Shown: positions 28,321-38,809, counted from the stretch's first letter. The stretch is DNA of 55,850 bases from an uncultured bacterium (GCA_964558015.1 CAZLCT010000003.1:1-55850), one strand, 5' to 3'. Numbers and translations are program-made. Notes: generated by a model from the letters alone, not told the origin.

Positions 28321-29094
28321 ATGGATTTAGCAACTATTAGCGGTGTTATTTTTGGTATTTCGGCTATTATTATTTCGATTTATCTTGGGGGAACATTATA
28401 TGCTTTTATTGACATTCCTTCTATGTTTATAGTTTTTGGAGGAACTATAGCTTCTACATTAATTAATTTTCCGTTATCTGATGTTATAAGCGTTCTTGGA
28501 GTAGTTAAAAATGCGTTTCTTTATAAAGCTTTGCTTCCGACAGAGGAAATTAATAAGATAGTTAAATTTGCAGAAACAGCCCGACGTGAAGGTATATTAG
28601 CTTTAGAGACAGAATCAGAACGTCAGACAGATGAATTTTTGAAAAAAGGACTACAGCTTGCTGTAGACGGAACGGCGCCTGATTTAATTCGTAATATTCT
28701 AGAGACAGAATTATCATATTTAGAAGATCGTCATAAATTGGGACAGGGAATTTTTGAATCAATGGGATATTATTCACCTGCTTTTGGTATGATTGGGACA
28801 TTAATAGGATTAATTAATATGCTAAAAAGTCTTGATGATCCAAGCAGTATCGGTGCAGGTATGTCTGTTGCATTAGTTACAACATTTTATGGAGCAGTAT
28901 TGGCAAATTTAATATTATTACCAATTGCAGGAAAATTAAAAAACAGAACTGAAAGCGAATCATTGCTAAAAGAAATTATAACAGAAGGAATCATGAGTAT
29001 TCAGTCAGGTGACAATCCCCGTGTCGTTGAGGAAAAATTAAAAGCATTTCTTTCTCCGAAGTTGCGCGTAGGTGTACGACGCAGGCATGGATAA
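28321..29094 (+). CDS. motA: flagellar stator protein MotA
   Basis: Four-TM MotA/TolQ/ExbB topology. C-terminal TM pair GAGMSVALVTTFYGAVLANLILLPIAGKL. Confidence 0.92.
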   Translation: MDLATISGVIFGISAIIISIYLGGTLYAFIDIPSMFIVFGGTIASTLINFPLSDVISVLGVVKNAFLYKALLPTEEINKIVKFAETARREGILALETESERQTDEFLKKGLQLAVDGTAPDLIRNILETELSYLEDRHKLGQGIFESMGYYSPAFGMIGTLIGLINMLKSLDDPSSIGAGMSVALVTTFYGAVLANLILLPIAGKLKNRTESESLLKEIITEGIMSIQSGDNPRVVEEKLKAFLSPKLRVGVRRRHG

Positions 29095-29172
29095 AAATTT
29101 GTTTTTATCGAAATTTGTATTGGAAAAATAACTAAAAATAGATATAATTAAATCAAGACGCCGAAATAATTT

Positions 29173-29880
29173 ATGGCGAAAAAAGAGAAGAAAGAATCAT
29201 CGGCCAGAAGTACGCCTGCATGGATGGTAACTTTTGGTGATATGATGATGTTGCTTTTAACGTTTTTTGTGTTTATAGTTTCTTTCTCATCTATAAAAGA
29301 GGAAGAATTTAAAGAAGCTATAGGCTCTTTAAGAGGGGCGTTGGGAATAGTCGGACGACATGAATATCTTATTAGTTTAGGTAAGATTGTTATACCTGAG
29401 ACTAAATTTGCTTTTATGTCAAGAAGGTTAAGGCAGACTACTGGTGAAATTACAAAAAAACTTAATTTTGTATCAGAGTATGAAAATGTTGAAATAAGAT
29501 TTGATAATAGAGGAATTAATATTATTCTTCCTGCAAATATACTGTTTGACAAAGGAGATGATTTACTAAAGATCCAAGCCTTTCCTTTATTGCGAAAAGT
29601 TGGAGCTTTTTTATACGAGCTTAAAAAAGGGACATTCTTGATTGAGGGGCATACTGATAATTTACCTATTAGTACTGTCCGTTTTCCTTCAAACTGGCAT
29701 CTTTCTTCAGCGCGTTCTATAAGCGTTGCGAATTATTTACACGAAAAATGCGGCATAGATAATCATAGATTATCTGTTTGTGGACGTGGGGAATATAACC
29801 CTATAGCGCCGAATGATACAGAAGAAAGTAGAGAGAAAAATAGGCGTGTTGTTATTATTGTTCAACCTGAGTCAGTATAA
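29173..29880 (+). CDS. motB: flagellar stator protein MotB (OmpA-like C-terminal domain)
   Basis: WMVTFGDMMMLLLTFFV with the conserved Asp. OmpA-like EGHTDNLPI...NRRVVIIV. Confidence 0.92.
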   Translation: MAKKEKKESSARSTPAWMVTFGDMMMLLLTFFVFIVSFSSIKEEEFKEAIGSLRGALGIVGRHEYLISLGKIVIPETKFAFMSRRLRQTTGEITKKLNFVSEYENVEIRFDNRGINIILPANILFDKGDDLLKIQAFPLLRKVGAFLYELKKGTFLIEGHTDNLPISTVRFPSNWHLSSARSISVANYLHEKCGIDNHRLSVCGRGEYNPIAPNDTEESREKNRRVVIIVQPESV

Positions 29881-29927
29881 ATGTCTTTAAGAAAGAAATT
29901 TTAATATTCTAAGAAAGGAGTTTAGTA

Positions 29928-30434
29928 ATGGCAGATGGTGATAGAAGAAGAGATGATGAACCCCAGGATGAGGGCAATATAAAAGGGAAAGGTTTTAATT
30001 TGTGGCTATTTGTTTCTATTATGGGAGGTATGCTTATTGCTGCAATAATTGCATTTGTTATTGTATTTAAAATTTTAGTGGCTCCGTCATCATCTGATAA
30101 AGAGAAGGAAGTTGGCGAGGAAGTATATTTCGGAAAATTATTTTCTTTTGATGAAGCGATTATTGTAAATTTAGCTGAGACACAAGGACAAAGGTATTTA
30201 AAAGTCAGTGTTCAATATGAAGTCAGCGATCAAAAAGTTATTGAAGAATTAAAAGCACGGACTCCGCTTATGTTAGATTTATTAATTAACATTTTATCAA
30301 GTAAAACTATTGATGACGTTGCAAATACTGTTGGCCGCAATAGACTTCGACGGGAGATTATAGATAAGAGTAACGCAGAGCTTATATCGGGCAAAATAAT
30401 CAATGTTTATTTTACCGAATTCGTGATTCAGTAA
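29928..30434 (+). CDS. fliL: flagellar basal-body-associated protein FliL
   Basis: Single TM, then LFSFDEAIIVNLAETQGQRYLKVSVQYEV...INVYFTEFVIQ. Confidence 0.9.
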   Translation: MADGDRRRDDEPQDEGNIKGKGFNLWLFVSIMGGMLIAAIIAFVIVFKILVAPSSSDKEKEVGEEVYFGKLFSFDEAIIVNLAETQGQRYLKVSVQYEVSDQKVIEELKARTPLMLDLLINILSSKTIDDVANTVGRNRLRREIIDKSNAELISGKIINVYFTEFVIQ

Positions 30435-30450
30435 GGGAGGAGGTTTTAAC

Positions 30451-30894
30451 GTGGACGAAGAAAAACAAGAAAGACAAGAGAAAACTCCAACACAGAAAGA
30501 GTCACAGAAGAGTGAGGATGTAACCCAAGAGAAGCCATCCAGTGAGGGGAAAAAAGAAGGTGAGGTAAAAAAAGCACATTTTTCAACACTTACCTCAGAA
30601 CAGAAAGATAGTAAACCTATTAATATTAATTTCCTCATGGATATCTCTTTGGATCTTTCTATTGAGCTTGGAAGAGCTATATTGGATGTAAAGGATATTT
30701 TATCACTTCGTAAGGGATCTGTAGTTGAATTAAATAAACTAGCAGGTGACCCCGTTGACATTTATGTCAACAATAAATTCATTGCACGTGGTGAAGTTGT
30801 TGTTATTGATGACAACTTCGGTGTGAGAGTAACTGACATCCTTAGTCCTGCCGAGTTACTCAATAATCTTAAAAGTGACAGCGAAAAGCGATAG
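30451..30894 (+). CDS. fliN: flagellar switch protein FliN (SpoA domain) with ~60-aa charged N-terminal extension
   Basis: GTG start with GGGAGGAGG RBS. C-terminal DISLDLSIELGRAILDVKDILSLRKGSVVELNKLAGDPVDIYVNNKFIARGEVVVIDDNFGVRVTDI. Confidence 0.9.
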   Translation: MDEEKQERQEKTPTQKESQKSEDVTQEKPSSEGKKEGEVKKAHFSTLTSEQKDSKPININFLMDISLDLSIELGRAILDVKDILSLRKGSVVELNKLAGDPVDIYVNNKFIARGEVVVIDDNFGVRVTDILSPAELLNNLKSDSEKR

Positions 30895-30920
30895 ATTTTT
30901 TTTATTTTAACAATTCTCTT

Positions 30921-31577
30921 ATGAATAATATGAAAAAAATACTTTTTTGTTTCTTTATTACTTTTTGTTTTTTTGTTTTTATATTATCTGAATTTGCATA
31001 CACTGAAGATTCTGTAGGTAGTAATGGCCAGAGTGATTATCTTAAGTCAGCTCTTCAAGTTGAAAGAAGTGGTGATGGAACACTTACTGATTTAAAATTA
31101 CCGAATGTTTTTGGAGTTATTATCAGGTTTCTTTTCTCTCTTTTAATTATTATAGGATTTATTTTTGGTGCGGCATTAGTTTACAAGAAATTTTTCGGGG
31201 GACAATATTTCATTGGTACGGATACCGGAGTGATAAAAGTATTAGCACAAAGGTATTTAGATCCTAAAAAGTCTCTTTATCTTGTTGAGGTCGGGCAAAA
31301 AATTTTAGTTATTGGTGCAAGTACTGATAATTTACAACTAATAAGTGAAATAACAGCTCCTGAGGAAATACGACATATTTATAAAATGGTAGAGACGAAA
31401 TCCGATTTGTTTAAAAGCCGTGACTTCAAGAAAGTTCTCACAGGTTTTACAAAATTGGGTGAGCGGAATTCAGAAAAAAACAGCCTTAAAGAACAAAGCA
31501 TGAATAGTTCTCTGGAAAACGACAATTCAGTTCAATCAAAGATTCAGAAGATTAAGCGATTAATTAATGAGAAATAA
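30921..31577 (+). CDS. fliO: flagellar biosynthesis protein FliO/FliZ-type
   Basis: TM segment, then VIKVLAQRYLDPKKSLYLVEVGQKILVIGASTDNLQLISEI. Position before fliP, with an 11-nt overlap. Confidence 0.8.
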   Translation: MNNMKKILFCFFITFCFFVFILSEFAYTEDSVGSNGQSDYLKSALQVERSGDGTLTDLKLPNVFGVIIRFLFSLLIIIGFIFGAALVYKKFFGGQYFIGTDTGVIKVLAQRYLDPKKSLYLVEVGQKILVIGASTDNLQLISEITAPEEIRHIYKMVETKSDLFKSRDFKKVLTGFTKLGERNSEKNSLKEQSMNSSLENDNSVQSKIQKIKRLINEK

Positions 31578-32322
31578 ATTTTTATTATTAACAGTATTTT
31601 TTATAATAGGATTTATTATCTATCCACTGTGTGATTGTTATGCTCAAGATTTTGCCATACCTAAATTTAATTTTATTAGTCGGGCGGAGAATCCTGAGGA
31701 AGCTACTTTAACACTCCAATTGTTTTTTCTTTTTACTGTATTATCCTTTGCCCCGGCTATCTTTTTGTTAACAACATCATTTGCTCGGGTAATCATTGTT
31801 CTTTCTTTCTTAAAAAGGGCGGCAGGATTACAGGAACTCCCTGGACAGTTAATAGCCGGTCTGGCACTTTTTGTAACGGCAATGGTTATGATGCCTGTAT
31901 GGAGTGAAATTAATCAGACAGCTTTACAACCTTATCTTGATAAGAATATTACACAAGCTGAAGCATTAAAGCGTGCAGGCAAACCTATTCGAACTTTTAT
32001 GTTGAAGCAGACTCGTGAAAAAGATATTGCATTATTTGTTCATTTCTCGAAAATGAGTAAGCCTGAATCTCCGGATAAGGTACCATTTTATATATTGGCG
32101 CCGTCTTTTCTAATTAGCGAGATGAAGACGGCGTTTATATACGGTTTTTTAATATATATACCTTTTTTGATAGTTGATCTAACCGTTGCATCTGTTTTAC
32201 TTGCTATGGGCATGATGGTGTTGCCACCTATTATCATTTCTGTGCCTTTTAAAATTATTTTGTTCATATTAGTAGATGGGTGGTATTTAGTCTTGCGTTC
32301 GTTAGTGGGAAGCTTTAATTGA
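31567..32322 (+). CDS. fliP: flagellar export gate protein FliP
   Basis: Signal peptide plus LTLQLFFLFTVLSFAPAIFLLTTSFARVIIVLSFLKRA and the conserved FliP C-terminal TMs. Confidence 0.96.
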   Translation: MRNKFLLLTVFFIIGFIIYPLCDCYAQDFAIPKFNFISRAENPEEATLTLQLFFLFTVLSFAPAIFLLTTSFARVIIVLSFLKRAAGLQELPGQLIAGLALFVTAMVMMPVWSEINQTALQPYLDKNITQAEALKRAGKPIRTFMLKQTREKDIALFVHFSKMSKPESPDKVPFYILAPSFLISEMKTAFIYGFLIYIPFLIVDLTVASVLLAMGMMVLPPIIISVPFKIILFILVDGWYLVLRSLVGSFN

Positions 32323-32378
32323 ATTTTTCTTCAGATACGTCCAAATAAATACATTAGGAAAGAAGAGGTGGTATTTTT

Positions 32379-32651
32379 ATGACGGTCCAATTAGTCATTG
32401 ATATTGGACAACTTGCATTGATAACGTTTCTGAAAATAGCGGGGCCTATATTAATTGCTAGTATGATTATGGGTATTGTAGTCAGCTTGTTTCAGTCGAT
32501 GACACAAATTAATGAAATGTCTTTGACTTTTGTTCCTAAAATAATTACCGTTTTAGTTACTACGGTTATTTTTTTACCATGGATTGTTACAATCCTTACT
32601 AAATTTACTCGGGAGATGTTGTTCATAATACCGGGATCTATTCGGATGTAA
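32379..32651 (+). CDS. fliQ: flagellar export gate protein FliQ
   Basis: 90 aa, two TMs, LKIAGPILIASMIMGIVVSLFQSMTQINEMSLTFVPK. Confidence 0.95.
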   Translation: MTVQLVIDIGQLALITFLKIAGPILIASMIMGIVVSLFQSMTQINEMSLTFVPKIITVLVTTVIFLPWIVTILTKFTREMLFIIPGSIRM

Positions 32652-32653
32652 TT

Positions 32654-33433
32654 ATGGCAGATTTTTTAACTTTTAGTTTAGCAAGTATTTTCATATTTAG
32701 TTTAGTTTTAATTAGGATTATGGGATTGTCAATTGTTTCTCCAGTTTTCGGCGGCGAGCAGGTTCCAATACAAATACGTGTTTTGCTTGCATTGAGTATT
32801 GCTTTTGTGTTTTTCCCTTCCTTAGCCCTAAAGACGGCAAGTTTGCCGCGGAGTCCTATCGAGTATTTTATAATTGTGGTAAAAGAGCTTTGTATAGGGC
32901 TTTTAATAGGTTTTTTAGTAACAGCCGTTTTTTATGGTTTCCAGTTAGGAGGGCGTTATATATCAATTCATATGGGGCTGGCTCTTTCAAGAATACTCGA
33001 TCCTTTCAGTAATGTTCAAACTACCGTTATTGGTCAGATGTTAGGGTTAATTACATTGACTGTTTTTTTAATTATTAACGGCCACCATTTGATTTTAAGG
33101 GCTTTGTACGCCAGTTTTGTTAAGATACCGCCCCTAAGTGCTGTATTTCATCCCAATATTTTTGAGCATTCAATCAAAGTATTTAATATTGTTATTACAA
33201 CATCTCTTAAAATTGCTGTGCCTACAATGGCAGCTTTGTTTGCTATTAATTTAATTTTTGGTTTTATTGCACGTCTCGTTCCCAGAATGAATGTTTTTAT
33301 ACTTTCATTACCTGCAAAGATTGGGGTTGGGGTTATTATTTTTTTAGTAACAATACCGGCTATACTTTTACTTTTTTCTGATGTGGTGGAAGACGTATTT
33401 AGAAATGTATATATAATAATAAATGCCTTTTAA
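32654..33433 (+). CDS. fliR: flagellar export gate protein FliR
   Basis: 259 aa polytopic membrane protein in the position after fliQ, with typical FliR hydrophobic repeats. Confidence 0.93.
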   Translation: MADFLTFSLASIFIFSLVLIRIMGLSIVSPVFGGEQVPIQIRVLLALSIAFVFFPSLALKTASLPRSPIEYFIIVVKELCIGLLIGFLVTAVFYGFQLGGRYISIHMGLALSRILDPFSNVQTTVIGQMLGLITLTVFLIINGHHLILRALYASFVKIPPLSAVFHPNIFEHSIKVFNIVITTSLKIAVPTMAALFAINLIFGFIARLVPRMNVFILSLPAKIGVGVIIFLVTIPAILLLFSDVVEDVFRNVYIIINAF

Positions 33434-33455
33434 GAAATATTTAGGAAGGAAATAG

Positions 33456-34553
33456 ATGCCTGAAGAGAATGAGTTAGGGCAAGAAAAGACAGAAAAGGCA
33501 ACTCCGCGTAGGCGTCAGAAAACGCGCCAGAAAGGTTCAGTTGCCCGTTCAAAAGAAATAAACTCCGCAGTAATGCTTTTTTTTGGGCTCTGCGTACTTG
33601 CTTTATATGGTCCGTATCTTATACACCAAATTGTAGGATTGTTGAGGGACCATTTTATCCGTTTTCCTGAAATTGAAATTACAACCTCAACGTTGCCTGC
33701 TTTTGCGGTTCAAAAACTTTTGTTTGTTTTTAAACTGCTTGTTCCTGTATTTTTTGTATTTGTTGTTGTGGGCGTTGTATCGAATCTTGCTCAGTTCGGA
33801 TGGCTTTTTACGACCCAGACAATTTTTCGGGGGTTAAAAAATTTCAGTCTGAATCCGGTTAAAATGGTAAAAAAAATATTTAGTCTTAATAGCTTGGTTC
33901 AGACCGCTATTAATATTGCAAAGCTCATTATTTTAGTTGTTGTTGCCTACCAGACTTTAAAAGGTGAAATAGTTAAATTTCCGTCTTTAGTCAGCATTCC
34001 GCTTAATGAGTCTTTGTTTTATATGTCAATTATGCTTTTTAAGCTTGCTCTGAAAATTATTGTATTATTGCTGATATTAGGGATTATTGATTTCGTTTGG
34101 CAAAAGTACAAGCATGAAAAAAGTATGAAAATGACAAAGCAAGAGGTTAAGGAAGAACTCAAGATGATTGAGGGGGATCCTAAAATCAGAAAACAAATTA
34201 AAAGTGTACAGATGAGAATGATGGTTTCAACTATGATAAGGAATGTTCCTGAAGCCGATGTTGTGATTACAAACCCTTTTCATATAGCAGTTGCCGTTAA
34301 ATATGAACCTAAAATCATGGCTGCACCCACTGTTGTTGCAAAAGGTGCCCGTTTGATAGCAGAGAGGATTAAAGAAGCTGCTCGTTGGGCATCTATTCCT
34401 ATTATTGAAAATAAACCATTAGCTCAGACATTGTATAAAACAATAGATGTTGGGGAGGAAATTCCGCCGAAACTATATCAAGCCATTGCAGAAATACTTG
34501 CTTATGTTTATAAGTTAAATAAGGATAGAGGGCGGCGCTTTGCAACCGTATAA
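33456..34553 (+). CDS. flhB: flagellar export switch protein FlhB (autocleavage motif reads NPFH rather than NPTH)
   Basis: EKTEKATPRRRQKTRQKGSVARSKE N-terminus, four TMs, and the C-terminal domain VVITNPFHIAVAVKY. Confidence 0.95.
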   Translation: MPEENELGQEKTEKATPRRRQKTRQKGSVARSKEINSAVMLFFGLCVLALYGPYLIHQIVGLLRDHFIRFPEIEITTSTLPAFAVQKLLFVFKLLVPVFFVFVVVGVVSNLAQFGWLFTTQTIFRGLKNFSLNPVKMVKKIFSLNSLVQTAINIAKLIILVVVAYQTLKGEIVKFPSLVSIPLNESLFYMSIMLFKLALKIIVLLLILGIIDFVWQKYKHEKSMKMTKQEVKEELKMIEGDPKIRKQIKSVQMRMMVSTMIRNVPEADVVITNPFHIAVAVKYEPKIMAAPTVVAKGARLIAERIKEAARWASIPIIENKPLAQTLYKTIDVGEEIPPKLYQAIAEILAYVYKLNKDRGRRFATV

Positions 34554-34633
34554 ATATTTTTAAAGTGATTTATTTTTTATTAAATTAATTTTATAAATAA
34601 GGTTCTTTTCAAAAAGAGGAAATAAAAGGAATT

Positions 34634-36727
34634 ATGGCTCAGGCAAGAACACTTGGAGCTGAAAATAGGGGAGATTTACTACAGGTAATTGCACGTCGCA
34701 GTGAAATTATTATTTCTATTGCGGTAGCAGCAATTATTGTTGTTATGATAGTCCCTATTCCTTTTATATTGCTTGATCTTTTAATGACTTTTTCTATTTC
34801 TCTGTCATTAGTAATCCTCATGGCAACGATTTATTTGCAAAATCCTCTAGAGCTTTCGGTTTTTCCGGCACTACTTTTGGTATCTACCCTGTTTCGTCTT
34901 TCATTAAACGTAGCTTCGACACGATTAATATTGCTTCATGGAGATCAATTTGGAGGCAAACTCATTAAGGCTTTCGGAGAGTTTGTTCTTGGAGGAAATT
35001 ATGTAGTCGGAATCGTCATATTTATAATCATTTTTATTGTACAAATTAGAGTTATAACTGCAGGCTCTGGAAGAATAGCGGAAGTAGCTGCCAGATTTAC
35101 TTTAGATGCAATGCCAGGAAAACAGCTGGCTATAGATGCTGATCTTAATAACGGACTTATTGATGAACGTGAAGCCACTAGAAAACGCGAAGAGCTTGCT
35201 AGACAGGCCGATTTTTTTGGGGCTATGGACGGTGCTTCGAAATTTGTCCGGGGAGATGTAACCGCGGGTATTTTCATTACCTTTATTAATATCATTGGAG
35301 GCCTTTTTATAGGCATTGTTCAATTAGGAATTCCTTGGCAGAAAGCGGCAAATATTTATACAATTCTTACGGTTGGTGACGGGTTGATTGCCCAAATACC
35401 GTCAATTATTATTTCTATCTCTGCTGGTTTGATTGTAACCCGTGCGGCAGCGGAAGAGAATCTTGGGTATGATCTTACGAAGCAGTTATTTTATCGTCCC
35501 AAAGGACTGCTTATTGCTGCTATTGTCCTTTTCGCTTTAGCATTTTTAGGCCTTCCAACTCTTCCATTTTTGATTTTAGCAAGCTTAATTTTTGTCGCTT
35601 ATTTCTTCCTTAACCGGGATATGAAACAAGAGTCTGAAAAGGAGGTTGAGGAAGAAGCTCCCAGTGAAGAGAAACTGCCTACGCCTGAGAATGTTGAGGA
35701 ATATTTGCAGGAAGATCCGATGGAGCTGGAGATTGGTTACGGACTTATTTCTCTGGTTGATACTGCTCAGGGAGGTAATTTGCTTGACCGTGTAACTCTT
35801 ATACGTAAACAATGTGCGCTTGATATTGGTTTGGTTGTCCCTCCGATACGTATTCGTGATAATATGAAATTAAAACCCAGTGAGTATTCGATTAAGATAA
35901 AAGGAGTAGAAGTCGTTAGAGGGGAGTTGATGGTAGATCATCTTTTGGCAATGAATGCTGGTTTAGCAGAGGGTAATATACCAGGCATTCCAACAAAAGA
36001 ACCTGCTTTCGGTATGCCGGCTGTTTGGATTAAAGAAGCAGTGAAAGCTCGGGCAGAAAATCTAGGTTATACGGTTGTTGACCCTATATCGGTCTTAGCG
36101 ACTCATTTAACGGAAGTAATAAAGAAGTATTCTTATGAAATTCTTTCTCGACAGGAGGTAAAAAATATTTTAGACAGTGTTAGGAAACGCACACCCGCTG
36201 TGGTTGAAGATGTTGTACCTAATATTGTTAATATAGGAGAAATACAAAAGGTGCTTAAAAATCTTCTTAAAGAGCGCGTTCCTATAAAAAATATGACTTC
36301 AATTTTAGAAACTTTGGCCGAGTATGCGCCTTATACAAAAGAGGCTGATATATTAACTGAATATGTACGACATTCTCTTTCACGTATAATTTCACGCCAG
36401 TATTTAACAGGAGAGGGGAAAATAAAAGTTTTGACACTTGATCCAAGGCTGGAGGAATTTTTAGCTGCATCTATTAAGAAGACTGAATATACTTCATATC
36501 TAGCAATTGAACCTAAAAAAGCTCAGACGATTTATACAACTGTACTGAAAGAGGTAGAAAAAGTTGTTACCATGGGAGAACAGCCGATTATACTGTGTTC
36601 ACCACAAGTTAGGGGACATCTTAAGAAATTTACTGAACGTCAAATCCCTAATTTAGTTGTTTTATCATATAATGAAATTGCGCCCGAAATCGAACTTGAA
36701 TCACAAGGAGTAATAGCCACGGTATGA
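34634..36727 (+). CDS. flhA: flagellar export gate protein FlhA
   Basis: FHIPEP-family motifs (GDGLIAQIPSIIISISAGLIVTR) and a large cytoplasmic C-terminal domain. Confidence 0.97.
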   Translation: MAQARTLGAENRGDLLQVIARRSEIIISIAVAAIIVVMIVPIPFILLDLLMTFSISLSLVILMATIYLQNPLELSVFPALLLVSTLFRLSLNVASTRLILLHGDQFGGKLIKAFGEFVLGGNYVVGIVIFIIIFIVQIRVITAGSGRIAEVAARFTLDAMPGKQLAIDADLNNGLIDEREATRKREELARQADFFGAMDGASKFVRGDVTAGIFITFINIIGGLFIGIVQLGIPWQKAANIYTILTVGDGLIAQIPSIIISISAGLIVTRAAAEENLGYDLTKQLFYRPKGLLIAAIVLFALAFLGLPTLPFLILASLIFVAYFFLNRDMKQESEKEVEEEAPSEEKLPTPENVEEYLQEDPMELEIGYGLISLVDTAQGGNLLDRVTLIRKQCALDIGLVVPPIRIRDNMKLKPSEYSIKIKGVEVVRGELMVDHLLAMNAGLAEGNIPGIPTKEPAFGMPAVWIKEAVKARAENLGYTVVDPISVLATHLTEVIKKYSYEILSRQEVKNILDSVRKRTPAVVEDVVPNIVNIGEIQKVLKNLLKERVPIKNMTSILETLAEYAPYTKEADILTEYVRHSLSRIISRQYLTGEGKIKVLTLDPRLEEFLAASIKKTEYTSYLAIEPKKAQTIYTTVLKEVEKVVTMGEQPIILCSPQVRGHLKKFTERQIPNLVVLSYNEIAPEIELESQGVIATV

Positions 36728-37875
36728 AAGTTAAAAAGTATGAAGCACCTACAATGAAGGAAGCCCTAGAGGCAGTAAAGAAAGAGTTGGGTCAGGATGC
36801 GGTTATTTTGCATACGAAAACCATCAAAAAAAATGATTTTTTTGGACTATGGGGAAAAGAAATGGTAGAAGTTACTGCTTCCCGTGATATTAATATTATG
36901 GAAAAGCCTTTTTCTAATACCGGTAATTTAATACGTTATTATAAAAAAGCATTAGAAGAAGAAAGTAAGGAAGCAGACGGGCATACAAAATTAGATTTAA
37001 AGCTTTTACACAGTGATTTAAATGAAGTCAAGTCGCTTGTTCTTTCATTGTTAAAACGTTCGAAAAATACAGAACTTTCAGAGCTTAGTGATGAACTCCT
37101 TGAAGCCTACCTAATGCTTATTGAGCAGGAAGTGTCAGAGGAACTTTCAAAAGAAATAATACACAAAATACATAATGAATTAAAGGGTGAAGAGGCTAAT
37201 GATAAGGAGTATATCAGAAAGTGTCTTATGAACTCTATCAGAGGGATGATTTATACTGTTGAGCCTATCACATTTTCTAAAGAGGAATTGAAAAAAGTTG
37301 CATTGGTTGGTCCAACGGGGGTCGGAAAGACTACGACAATTGCAAAATTAGCAGCTGATTTTGCGCTCCGTCAGGGTAAGAGCGTTGCTTTGATTACTAT
37401 CGATACCTATCGTATTGCTGCAGTAGAACAGTTACGAACCTATGCTGATATTATTAATGTGCCTTTAGAAGTTGTGCTTACTCCTAATGAAATTAAGTGT
37501 GCGATTGAGAAGCATAAAGATCGTGATTTGATTTTAATTGATACAGCGGGCCGAAGCCAAAAGAATGCTATGCAAATGTTGGAATTGAGAAGTTTTATTG
37601 AAGAAATAAAACCTGATGAGACCCATTTGGTTTTATCTACAACCTCAAATTATAAAAATATGACAGATATCATTGAACGGTTTAAGATGCTTTCGATTAA
37701 TAAAGTCATTTTTACAAAGTTAGACGAAGCGGTAACTTTTGGGCTTATTTTAAATGTTATGAATAAACTTAATAAGTCACTGTCATATGTTACGATGGGT
37801 CAGAATGTTCCTGATGATATCGCAGTAACTGATCCGGGCATGCTTGCAAAATTAATTGTTGAAGGTGATAAGTAG
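36724..37875 (+). CDS. flhF: flagellar SRP-type GTPase FlhF
   Basis: GPTGVGKTTTIAKLA, LIDTAGRSQ and FTKLDE motifs. 4-nt overlap with flhA. Confidence 0.95.
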   Translation: MKVKKYEAPTMKEALEAVKKELGQDAVILHTKTIKKNDFFGLWGKEMVEVTASRDINIMEKPFSNTGNLIRYYKKALEEESKEADGHTKLDLKLLHSDLNEVKSLVLSLLKRSKNTELSELSDELLEAYLMLIEQEVSEELSKEIIHKIHNELKGEEANDKEYIRKCLMNSIRGMIYTVEPITFSKEELKKVALVGPTGVGKTTTIAKLAADFALRQGKSVALITIDTYRIAAVEQLRTYADIINVPLEVVLTPNEIKCAIEKHKDRDLILIDTAGRSQKNAMQMLELRSFIEEIKPDETHLVLSTTSNYKNMTDIIERFKMLSINKVIFTKLDEAVTFGLILNVMNKLNKSLSYVTMGQNVPDDIAVTDPGMLAKLIVEGDK

Positions 37876-37918
37876 TAGTTTTAAGTAAATGAATTTTAAA
37901 AGAAATAGGAGTTAATTA

Positions 37919-38809
37919 ATGCATATAGATCAAGCTACTCGATTGAGGGAAATGGCGCTTAAAGCTAAGAAAACTACATTGAGTCCGGTTTATTCCCGTG
38001 CTGATTCTCATGCCAAGATTTATGCGGTTGCCAGTGGTAAAGGCGGAGTAGGAAAAACAAATCTTTCTGTTAATCTTGCTATAGCATTAGCTAAAAAGGG
38101 AAAAAAAGTTACTTTAGTAGATTTGGATCTGGGACTCGCAAATGTTGATATATTACTTGATTTGACTTCTCCTTATACACTTGAGCATCTTATTTTTGGT
38201 TATAAGACGGTTGAGGAAATAATTGTTGAAGGACCCGAGGGGATTAAAATAGTACCTGGAGGTTCAGGTCTACCCAATTTAACAGATTTAAGTGAAACAC
38301 AACGTCAGCTTTTTTTAGAAAGTTTTTATATGCTAGCCAGGAGTAATGATTATCTTATTTTTGATACAGCCGCAGGCATTTCTAATAATGTTATTAAATT
38401 TGTTTTGGCAGCGGATGAGGTTATCGTTATTACTACAGAGGAACCAACGTCAATAACAGATGCATATGCTTTAATGAAAGTTATCAGCATACACAACAAA
38501 GAATGTAAAATTAATTTTGTCCTCAATATGGTTAAAGGCCGGCTTGAGGCGAGGCAGACTTTTAATAGGATAAGAACAGTAGTCAAACAATTTCTAGGTA
38601 TAGAGATTTACGATTGTGGGTATATTGTTTCTGATTCATGCGTCAGTGATGCCATTATGCGGCGTAAGCCGTTTATAACTTTATACCCTTTTTCATCTGC
38701 TTCTAAGTCATTAAAAGATGTTGCAAAGGCATTACTTGAGAAGGGTGAGAAGCATCAAGGCGTAAAACGTAGTTTTATTCAGAAAATGTCACAGTTGTTC
38801 GGGCATTAG
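37919..38809 (+). CDS. flhG: MinD/ParA-type ATPase FlhG (YlxH/FleN)
   Basis: Deviant Walker A SGKGGVGKTNLSVNLA and a C-terminal amphipathic tail SFIQKMSQLFGH. Confidence 0.92.
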   Translation: MHIDQATRLREMALKAKKTTLSPVYSRADSHAKIYAVASGKGGVGKTNLSVNLAIALAKKGKKVTLVDLDLGLANVDILLDLTSPYTLEHLIFGYKTVEEIIVEGPEGIKIVPGGSGLPNLTDLSETQRQLFLESFYMLARSNDYLIFDTAAGISNNVIKFVLAADEVIVITTEEPTSITDAYALMKVISIHNKECKINFVLNMVKGRLEARQTFNRIRTVVKQFLGIEIYDCGYIVSDSCVSDAIMRRKPFITLYPFSSASKSLKDVAKALLEKGEKHQGVKRSFIQKMSQLFGH

